Shown here one piece after another: positions 29,093-36,797 of a DNA stretch of 64,000 bases; the first letter of the stretch is position 1; each line of letters opens with the position of its first letter. The stretch covers positions 128,001 to 192,000 of the forward strand of contig JBFWJS010000004.1 in assembly GCA_050253075.1 (NCBI GenBank), read 5' to 3'. The stretch is from Deferribacterales bacterium. GTDB lineage: Bacteria > Chrysiogenota > Deferribacteres > Deferribacterales > Geovibrionaceae. The notes beneath the pieces are model-generated. The model saw only the letters and a list, made by a program, of their open reading frames with translations, was not told where the DNA came from and ran no database searches. The position numbers and the translations under genes are program-made.

Positions 29093-29311
29093 ATGGATAA
29101 TATCAATTTAAGATTTGCAAAAACGCTTAGAATGTTACGAACTGAAAGGAACATGACTCAGGAAGAACTGGCAGAAAAGTCAGGTATTGACTATAAGTAT
29201 CTTCAGAAATTAGAAGGGCAAAATCCTTCATCACCAACATTATCGACCCTTGAAAAACTTGCCAAAGGGTTGAGTATAACAATAATACAGCTTTTAGCAG
29301 ATATTCAGTAA
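29093..29311 (+). CDS. XRE-family HTH regulator
   Basis: LRTERNMTQEELAEKSGIDYKYLQKLE...PTLSTLEKLAKGL. Confidence 0.9.
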   Translation: MDNINLRFAKTLRMLRTERNMTQEELAEKSGIDYKYLQKLEGQNPSSPTLSTLEKLAKGLSITIIQLLADIQ

Positions 29312-29501
29312 TACACGCAGCATTTCAGCCGTGTTATTGAACGATATTTCTGTTGCTCTTAATGTGTCAATTTCAGAGCTAATGCAACACGACCACAAAG
29401 ACGATAGCGAACTTCTAAAGAAAGAGGTCATAAAGTATATCAACAATGCCAGCCCAGAAACCATTCAGAAGATATACTTCTTTATTAAGAATATATTATA
29501 G
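29310..29501 (+). pseudogene. C-terminal remnant of a second XRE regulator
   Basis: Hand translation NTRSISAVLLNDISVALNVSISELMQHD...KIYFFIKNIL*; the HTH N-terminus is missing. Confidence 0.55.
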
Positions 29502-29516
29502 ATGACTATATGATAC

Positions 29517-29543
29517 AATTTAGACCATTTTTCCTTCTGAATT
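29517..29543 (+). repeat. 27-bp recombinase-type site, copy 4 (AATTTAGACC ATTTTTC CTTCTGAATT)
   Basis: Same arms and spacer; lies between convergent gene ends. Confidence 0.8.
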
Positions 29544-29599
29544 AACAGGATTATTGCCTGAATTGACTTTCAAAGATCATAAATGTTAAACTAAATTCA

Positions 29600-30322
29600 C
29601 TAAATGATATTTTTAAAAACAACAATAAAAGCACAAAGAATAAGCATCAAGTTAACTATTACAGAGAAAGTCCTGTCGCTAATTTTCCTGAGGAATTTAC
29701 GACCAAAATAATTACCCGTAACCGCCCCAACTCCTGCTATAACCCCAATAAGCAAGACTTTGGAATCTATCATGCCAACTGTAGTGTATGTGCCTGCTTT
29801 GAATAATTGCATAACAATAACAACAGCAGCTTTTGTGCCTAGTAGCATTTCTTTTTGCATGCCATAGTTCATGTAAAACGGATTCATTAAAGGACCGCCC
29901 ACACCAACAATCCCTGATATAAAAGAAGAGATTGTTCCGGCTATTGGAAAGTGCCAGTTTTTAACTTGAAACAGCTTTTTCTCTTTGAAAAATAGTGCCC
30001 ATACGCCATTTAACAAATAGAATCCTGCCAAAAAATATGCAATTACCACAGGGTTAACAAAAGAGAATAGGTAAGCTCCAGACACCGCTCCGATTATGAC
30101 ACCCGGCATAACAAGCAATGAGACTCTAACATTAATTGATTTTCTGTATAAGACTATTCTGCTTAAACCAGACAACAAACCTGCAACAGCGACAGCAGGT
30201 GCTACTGTCTGTATCGAAAAGAACATTCCTGAAACAGGGACAAAAATCATTGCCCCTCCGCCACCAGCCAGAGTACTGAAAAACCAAGATAAAGCACCTA
30301 AAACAAAAGGTAATAAAAGCAT
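29600..30322 (-). CDS. TauE/SafE family membrane exporter
   Basis: AGGGGAMIFVP and SGIVGVGGP repeats; multiple transmembrane segments. Confidence 0.85.
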   Translation of the reverse strand: MLLLPFVLGALSWFFSTLAGGGGAMIFVPVSGMFFSIQTVAPAVAVAGLLSGLSRIVLYRKSINVRVSLLVMPGVIIGAVSGAYLFSFVNPVVIAYFLAGFYLLNGVWALFFKEKKLFQVKNWHFPIAGTISSFISGIVGVGGPLMNPFYMNYGMQKEMLLGTKAAVVIVMQLFKAGTYTTVGMIDSKVLLIGVIAGVGAVTGNYFGRKFLRKISDRTFSVIVNLMLILCAFIVVFKNII

Positions 30323-30343
30323 AATCCCTCATGTAATAATGTA

Positions 30344-31255
30344 TTAAAATTCTATAACTATCTTTCCCATATCTTTTGTGTCGTAACCGCCAATATGGGC
30401 AAATTCATCTCTGAAAGCATCTGAACGTATTATGCTTAATAAAGATTCAATCTCAGGAGTCCCCATATCTTCTCTCTTGAATACTAAGTCATACCTTTCT
30501 TTTTTGATTGGAACAAATTCAATGCCTTCAACTTGTTTAGCGATTTTCTCAGAACCGATAGCGACATCAGCCTTTCCTGAAGCAACAACACTTGCGACAG
30601 TTAAATGAGACTGGATTTCTTTTTCGTATCCTGAAATATCCTTTCCGAAAATACCTAAAAGTCTGAGGTTCTCATCCAGCAGTACCCTAGAGCCTGAGCC
30701 TTGTTCACGGTTGACCATCGTTATGTCATCACGCCTAAAGTCTTCCCATTTTATTATATTTTTCGGGTTTCCTTTGGCGACATAAAAACCTTGGATGCGA
30801 CAGGTTAAGTGGACAATAACAGCAGGAATCCCAGGTAGCAGTCTACGCACATAAGGAACATTGTATGTGTCAGTGTCGCTGTCCCAGAGGTGGGCTGATG
30901 CAACACTTACCTGATTCCGATAAAGAGCGACAAGGCTATCATAGCTCCCAATGTATGCTCGCAATGCAGGTGTATTATGCTGACGCATATAGTTTGAGAG
31001 TATATCCAGTATTATATCCTGACCACATAACACAAACCCTTTATTTGCGATACCACTGATTGCTTCATTTTTAACGGGGATATTCGCTTGTTTGCGACCT
31101 TTAATATATGATTTGACATCATCTTCTGAAAAACGAATTTTCCGTCCAACTTTGTAAGATGGTAACTCACCGTTTTTTATTAAGCTATAAACCTTGCTCT
31201 TACTGATTTTTAGCATTTCGCTAATATCTTCTACAGAAAGCTCATCTCTTGACAT
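30344..31255 (-). CDS. Excisionase-type HTH + periplasmic-binding-fold (molybdate-binding-like) regulator
   Basis: LSVEDISEMLKISKSKVYSLIKNGELPSYKVG, GSYDSL, NREQGSGSR and ERYDLV motifs. Confidence 0.85.
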   Translation of the reverse strand: MSRDELSVEDISEMLKISKSKVYSLIKNGELPSYKVGRKIRFSEDDVKSYIKGRKQANIPVKNEAISGIANKGFVLCGQDIILDILSNYMRQHNTPALRAYIGSYDSLVALYRNQVSVASAHLWDSDTDTYNVPYVRRLLPGIPAVIVHLTCRIQGFYVAKGNPKNIIKWEDFRRDDITMVNREQGSGSRVLLDENLRLLGIFGKDISGYEKEIQSHLTVASVVASGKADVAIGSEKIAKQVEGIEFVPIKKERYDLVFKREDMGTPEIESLLSIIRSDAFRDEFAHIGGYDTKDMGKIVIEF

Positions 31256-31422
31256 CATAAAGCCTCCAAATCTTGACAAATACGCCAATTAATTTAAAAT
31301 AAGACATAAAGCATAATTTATACATGTTTTAGTGTTATTTAATCTATTTAAGCACAGCTCAAGACGAGAAACAAGAACATTTAAGTTGAAAATTATTTCT
31401 TAATAAAACAAGGAGTGATTCT

Positions 31423-32454
31423 ATGAATAAAAAAATTGCAATTAATGGATTTGGAAGGATAGGTAGAGTTTTATTTAAACAGATTATTAACGATGACAGA
31501 TATGAAGTAAAAATAATAAACGATCCCGCAACAACAGAGATGATGGTTTACTTATTAAAACATGATAGTACTCTTGGCACAATGGATATGCAAAACGAAT
31601 TGAAAACGGGCTGTGATTTCATAGATGTACATGGACAACATATACATACAACACATGAAATTGAGCCAGATAACCTATTATGGGGTAAATACGATATAGA
31701 TATTGTAATCGACTGCTCAGGCACTTACCTTTCTAAAGAGAAAGCACAGAAGCATCTTGATGCCGGAGCAAAGAAAGTCATATTGTCTGCCCCTGCTGGT
31801 CATGATATACCAACTGTCGTATACGGAGTTAATACAGAAATATTGACATCAGATGACCGTATCATTTCTGCGGCATCTTGTTCTACCAATGCACTTGCGC
31901 CTATGGTGAAAGCCTTGAGTCAGTATGCCAATATTTTAGCTGGGAACATGCTTACAGTTCACGGATATACTGCAAGCCAAGTTCTTGTGGATAATGCACA
32001 AAAAAACAATGACTTTAGACGATCAAGAGCCGCAGCATGCAATATTATACCAACCTCAGCAGAAGCAGCTACCGCAGTAGGGAGGGTTATTCCTTCTTTA
32101 GATGGCAAATTGCACGGTTCAGCTGTCAGAGTTCCAGTTCAAGCAGGATGTTACATAAATTTTATTGCTGAAATAGAAAGAAAAAATGTCTCAGCAAAAG
32201 AACTTAATAATGTAATGAAATCAGCCTCCTCAGATTTCTTTGGATATACAGAGGAAGAATTAGTTTCTTCTGACATAATAGGTATTCGTTATGCATCACT
32301 TTTTGATGCCACACAAACAGAAGTCTGTAGAACATCTCAAAATACTTTTCAGATAAAACTGTCAGCATGGTTTGACAACGAAAGCTCTTTTGTATCACAA
32401 ATTATTCGCTGTTTAAGCATTGATGCTTTAAGGATTGACAAGACAAGACATTAA
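31423..32454 (+). CDS. gap: Type I glyceraldehyde-3-phosphate dehydrogenase (divergent accessory copy)
   Basis: INGFGRIGR, ASCSTNALAP, RVPV and WFDNE motifs. Confidence 0.85.
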   Translation: MNKKIAINGFGRIGRVLFKQIINDDRYEVKIINDPATTEMMVYLLKHDSTLGTMDMQNELKTGCDFIDVHGQHIHTTHEIEPDNLLWGKYDIDIVIDCSGTYLSKEKAQKHLDAGAKKVILSAPAGHDIPTVVYGVNTEILTSDDRIISAASCSTNALAPMVKALSQYANILAGNMLTVHGYTASQVLVDNAQKNNDFRRSRAAACNIIPTSAEAATAVGRVIPSLDGKLHGSAVRVPVQAGCYINFIAEIERKNVSAKELNNVMKSASSDFFGYTEEELVSSDIIGIRYASLFDATQTEVCRTSQNTFQIKLSAWFDNESSFVSQIIRCLSIDALRIDKTRH

Positions 32455-32485
32455 CCAGCTAATTGTTTATATTTTTCCTGAAACT

Positions 32486-32512
32486 AATATGGAACATTTT
32501 TCGTTCTAAATT
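32486..32512 (+). repeat. 27-bp recombinase-type site, copy 5 (AATATGGAAC ATTTTTC GTTCTAAATT)
   Basis: 31 bp after the gap stop codon and 165 bp before attR. Confidence 0.8.
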
Positions 32513-32676
32513 AAATGTACTTTTAGACACAATAAACTGAAGTGGTACAAAAAGCCCATTGCTGTCGCCATAAACTACTGATAATGCTAGAGAAATTCTC
32601 AAATACATTTTTTGGTACAATTTTTAGATTAACTTAAAGTTCAATATTATTAACAATTTAACTAATGTGTAACTTT

Positions 32677-32724
32677 CTGAAAATCCCCGTGTCGATGGTT
32701 CGATTCCGTCCCTGGGCACCATTT
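32677..32724 (+). repeat. attR: duplicated 3' half of tRNA-Phe
   Basis: Identical to 16220-16267. Confidence 0.95.
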
Positions 32725-32732
32725 AAAATAAT

Positions 32733-32761
32733 AAAGGCTTCCCTTTTGGGAGGCCTTTTTT
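32733..32761 (+). terminator. Probable original tRNA-Phe terminator
   Basis: AAAGGCTTCCC-tttt-GGGAGGCCTTT followed by a T run. Confidence 0.75.
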
Positions 32762-32796
32762 GTTATATATATTGTCTAAGGAATTAAAGCCTGTGC

Positions 32797-33648
32797 TCAA
32801 TCCCTGTTTATCAGCCAAAGAGATACAAATATTATTAATGCTCCGGCCAGCATATTCAGCGTAAATTTCTCATTCAAAAGAAATATGCCAAGCACTGAGG
32901 CACTTACAGGTATCAGATATGTGACAAGCAGTAACTTAACTGCGCCAACCCTGAACAATAGAGTGAAATAGATGACATAGGCCATGGATGTAGACACTAA
33001 TGACAGCAATATCAGGTCTTTGAACTCATACAGGGATTCGACATGCAGACTGTTTATCGAAGTAAAGAATAAGCAGTACATTATTAATGCACTTGAGCTG
33101 AGCATACCGAATACATTTAATACAGGGTCGTAGCCCTTCAGTCTTTTCCCGAATATCCCCGCACAAGCATACGAGACCGCACCCATTATGGCAAACATAC
33201 CCGCTGACTCAAAGCTCCCAAATCCGCTAGGAAGCAGTAGAATCACCATCCCTGCAAAACCTGTCAGTATGCCCAGAGCTTTTAGTGGAGATATCTTTTC
33301 ATCTTTCGTGAGAACGTGTGCGAAAGCGGCGGTAAAGATGGGGGTTGTCGCATTGAACAAAGATGCCAGAGACGCCGTGATGCTCTCCTGAGCGTAGGTA
33401 ATGCCTAGGAAAGGAATGACATTATTTAAGCTGCCCATAATTAAGAACATCCCCCACAGCCTTAGGTCTAGGACTATCCTGACCCTTTTGACTATAAGGA
33501 CCGGCAGAATAAAAACAGCAGCAAATAGAACCCTGAAAAACACTACCTGCTCGAAGGCAAAATAAACCAGTGACTTCTCTATGAAATAAAATGATCCGCC
33601 CCATACTATAGACAGTGTTATCAAAAGCAGCCAGTTTCTGTAATTCAT
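32797..33648 (-). CDS. EamA/DMT family transporter
   Basis: WGGSF, ASLFNATTPIFT and YLIPVSA motifs; about 10 transmembrane segments. Confidence 0.9.
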   Translation of the reverse strand: MNYRNWLLLITLSIVWGGSFYFIEKSLVYFAFEQVVFFRVLFAAVFILPVLIVKRVRIVLDLRLWGMFLIMGSLNNVIPFLGITYAQESITASLASLFNATTPIFTAAFAHVLTKDEKISPLKALGILTGFAGMVILLLPSGFGSFESAGMFAIMGAVSYACAGIFGKRLKGYDPVLNVFGMLSSSALIMYCLFFTSINSLHVESLYEFKDLILLSLVSTSMAYVIYFTLLFRVGAVKLLLVTYLIPVSASVLGIFLLNEKFTLNMLAGALIIFVSLWLINRD

Positions 33649-33901
33649 ATCACACCCCTTTTTCCAATAATTATATTTTTATGGCGGGGTGGAACAATCC
33701 GATTCTTGCTGTTTTTGAACATTAACTGAAAGAAATTAAGCAGGTATACTTATATTGAACAAAAGACTTATTTTAAGCAATAATTACAACAATATGCAAT
33801 ATGACAAGATGATATATATCAAGGATATAAATGATATCTATGCCGGCTGAAAGTTAACAAAAATTAAAGCCTGCAATTCTAAAATAACAGAATACTGCTT
33901 A

Positions 33902-34681
33902 TTATTTATTTATTACCAACAGCTGCTGAATGCCTATACCCCCACCGTTATAGTTTTTCTGTATTTCATAAAACTGCTTATTAATGGGGTTGGAGTATCC
34001 TTCGAATGACTCATAATCCGTCACAAGCTCACGAAAAACTCTTGAGCCCATATAGTATATAGAGGAAATATCTTTGAAATTATAGTTATAGCCTTTGCTA
34101 TCTAGCCAGATTTTCAATCTTTCTTGTTTCAAATATCTATTAAAATCGTGTTCGACAAGTGGTTCCAAACCAAGTAACAATCTTATTGCATTCAGCCTCA
34201 TAAGAGGTTCCCAGAAACCTTCACAGAAGATGACTTTTCCGCCTTTTTTCACTACTCTGAGACACTCATTTATCCCATTAAGCTGTTCCTCCCATGTGGG
34301 GAGATTTATAATAACCCGTGTAGTATAAGCAATATCGAAAGATTCGTTACCAAACGGTAGCTTTCTGACATCTCCATTCTCAAAGGTAACGAGCTCTTGC
34401 TCATCTTTACTTAGAGTTTTCTTCCTCTCGTTAGCTCCTGCAACCATACTTTCTGAGAAATCTATACCTGTGATGGACTTTAATTTAGTAGCTTTAAGCT
34501 GCTGAATAGTTGAGTAACCGTTGGCACACCCAACGTCCAGGACTTTACATTCTGCATCAATATATTCTCTTATGTTTGATATCTCCAGGTCTATCATAAA
34601 GTTATCACCCCACGAAGCCCAATGAGAATCCTTAAATGTTTCTGCCTGGTTCTCCCAATATTCTTTTATATGATCAGTCAT
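33902..34681 (-). CDS. Class I SAM-dependent methyltransferase
   Basis: VLDVGCANG, GIDFS and LPFGNESFD motifs. Confidence 0.9.
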   Translation of the reverse strand: MTDHIKEYWENQAETFKDSHWASWGDNFMIDLEISNIREYIDAECKVLDVGCANGYSTIQQLKATKLKSITGIDFSESMVAGANERKKTLSKDEQELVTFENGDVRKLPFGNESFDIAYTTRVIINLPTWEEQLNGINECLRVVKKGGKVIFCEGFWEPLMRLNAIRLLLGLEPLVEHDFNRYLKQERLKIWLDSKGYNYNFKDISSIYYMGSRVFRELVTDYESFEGYSNPINKQFYEIQKNYNGGGIGIQQLLVINK

Positions 34682-34704
34682 CGCCTCACCTTTATCTCTA
34701 ATAA

Positions 34705-35634
34705 CTACTCGAATGTTGTTTCGGAAACAATATAAATTGGCCTACCTTTTATTTCATCAAACATCTTACCTATATATAAACCTAATATCCCCATGTTTGC
34801 GATTATCAACCCGCCTATAAAATAGATAGAAACCATAACACTAGCCCAGCCCTGTACAGGGATTCCATACGTAAAATACCTGAACACTAACCAAACAGTG
34901 TATAACAAGCTGAACAAAGAGGATATGAATCCGATTTTAACACTAATCACAAGTGGTTTATTAGATTGAGAAACAACACTTTCTATCGCAAAACCAATAA
35001 GTGCTGCGAAAGAATATGAGCTCTTCCCATACGTACGTGGAGCATGTTCTACATCAACACTTGCTGTTCTAAATCCAAGCCAATTGATCAGAAGATAGTA
35101 TGATCTTTGCTTTTCTTTTAACATGTTAAAAACATCGAGGACTTTTCTATTTATGATGCTGAAATTCGCAACCTTGTGGTCAACTTTATTATCAGCGAGA
35201 AAACCATATATTTTATAAAATAAGTAAGAAGACAGTCTCTTCGTAAAATTATCTTTACGGGACGAGCGTCTTGCAAAAACAATATCAAAGCCATCAGTTA
35301 TTTTCTTATAAAGTTTAAGAATTTCTTCAGGTTGGTCTTGCAGGTCACAATCCATCACAACGGTATACTCGCCTCTCGAATAATTGAGTCCGGCAGTAAT
35401 AGCTGAATGCTGTCCAAAATTTCTTGAGAGTCTGATACCCCTTATCTTCTTATTACTATCTACTTGAGCTTTTATCTCATCCCATGAATTATCCGGACAC
35501 ATATCATCAATGAGAATTATCTCATAATCCTCACTAATCTCACTTAATGTACCTGCTAACCTAGAACACAGTTCCGGCAATGCCTTTTTACACTTATACA
35601 CCGGGACAACAACAGATATATGGACACTACCCAT
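34705..35634 (-). CDS. GT2 glycosyltransferase (GtrB/ArnC-like)
   Basis: ISVVVPVY, SRNFGQHSAI, MDCDLQDQPE, two C-terminal TMs, RPIYIV. Confidence 0.9.
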   Translation of the reverse strand: MGSVHISVVVPVYKCKKALPELCSRLAGTLSEISEDYEIILIDDMCPDNSWDEIKAQVDSNKKIRGIRLSRNFGQHSAITAGLNYSRGEYTVVMDCDLQDQPEEILKLYKKITDGFDIVFARRSSRKDNFTKRLSSYLFYKIYGFLADNKVDHKVANFSIINRKVLDVFNMLKEKQRSYYLLINWLGFRTASVDVEHAPRTYGKSSYSFAALIGFAIESVVSQSNKPLVISVKIGFISSLFSLLYTVWLVFRYFTYGIPVQGWASVMVSIYFIGGLIIANMGILGLYIGKMFDEIKGRPIYIVSETTFE

Positions 35635-35845
35635 AGCAACTCTCTCACTCTAACATCATTTTCACACTGTCTCTTAAATAGTTCTACATCATCATTATTA
35701 CCAATTCAACCTTTATAGCATTAAATAGGTTAATACCAAACATATCGAATAGATAAATCTGGACGAAACACAGTAACTTTAGACTACTTTCTACATTTGA
35801 AAACAATTAGCAGACACGCAACTTAAGTTATTTTAATGTATACAC

Positions 35846-36277
35846 CTATGATGCGATGTGGTTACCTCGTGCTTTCTTAGCGAGGAAGGTGAGGTTTTCT
35901 TCGGTGTGGAGGCTGGCACGCAGTCTGCCCGACATGATGCCGTTTAAAACTGCTTTCACGAGGTTCAGCGTTATCGGCTTTGGTATCACGTTTACGTCGA
36001 GGGATCTGACCCAGTCCATAGCCGAGACGATAACGACGGGCGTCTTTTTATCCAGCTTACGTATTTTGGATATCAGCTCGCAGCCTGTCATACCGGGCAT
36101 GTCGAGGTCGGTAAAGATGATATCGGGCTTATATTTAATGAAATACTCATAAGCATCTGCACCGTTGTGCTCCGCATGCACATGGTCAGAAACGAGACTC
36201 AGGACGGATACGCCCATCTTATTAGCAAATCTACTGTCTTCGACGTACAGTATTTTAAGGTCTTTATACAGTTTCAT
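35846..36277 (-). CDS. Single-domain response regulator
   Basis: ILYVED, DIIFTDLDMPGMTG and KP motifs. Confidence 0.88.
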   Translation of the reverse strand: MKLYKDLKILYVEDSRFANKMGVSVLSLVSDHVHAEHNGADAYEYFIKYKPDIIFTDLDMPGMTGCELISKIRKLDKKTPVVIVSAMDWVRSLDVNVIPKPITLNLVKAVLNGIMSGRLRASLHTEENLTFLAKKARGNHIAS

Positions 36278-36428
36278 AATCAGCTCTTCAATAATATTGT
36301 GTATTTATTGTGTTTCCCCTAAGTTACCTTTTTTCCTACATATTCCTAGAGTAAAATTTATTTACACAACTATCGAATCACCATATATCTCTATATACAC
36401 AACGAAATGTTTATAATAAAATGGATTT

Positions 36429-36797
36429 ATGAGTGATTTAATAACCGAAATAAAAACAGACTGCGCCACATGCAGGCTCAGAAAAAGCGAGGCGGACATT
36501 TTGCTGACAGGGGACTGTAAGCTATTCGAATGCTTAAAGTTCCGCAATGAGCACTGCCGTAAAAAAATGGCCTTTGAAATAATTAATAGTCAGGACAGCA
36601 TAATCACTCAGACTTGGTTTGACGATTCTAACTTCATCGTCCACATCACTCATAAATATAAGACCTTAGATGATATCATCCTTCTCCTTAACAAGCTGAT
36701 CGATATCTGGGGCAATCTGGAGGGCGACGGCTGCGACTGTCCTTTCGAAGATGTGATAAAAGAGCTTATAACCAAGATATCCGCCAAATCAGCCTAA
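36429..36797 (+). CDS. Hypothetical Cys-rich protein
   Basis: 122-aa ORF filling the gap, with a CATC motif. Confidence 0.55.
   Translation: MSDLITEIKTDCATCRLRKSEADILLTGDCKLFECLKFRNEHCRKKMAFEIINSQDSIITQTWFDDSNFIVHITHKYKTLDDIILLLNKLIDIWGNLEGDGCDCPFEDVIKELITKISAKSA

Larger units (their letters stand above)
16220..32724. mobile_element. tRNA-Phe-integrated genomic island / integrative element
   Basis: Identical 48-bp direct repeats of the tRNA 3' half at 16220-16267 and 32677-32724; interior is visibly AT-richer than the flanks; encodes two tyrosine recombinases. Confidence 0.93.

Noticed and set aside
18000..32512. CRISPR array or classical integron attC array
   Set aside because: The repeats are kilobases apart, no cas genes are present, no RYYYAAC...GTTRRRY hairpins were seen, and the 210-aa recombinase is too short for IntI.
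32677..32724. Second tRNA-Phe gene
   Set aside because: Only the 3' half is present, with no 5' acceptor strand or D-arm; it is attR.
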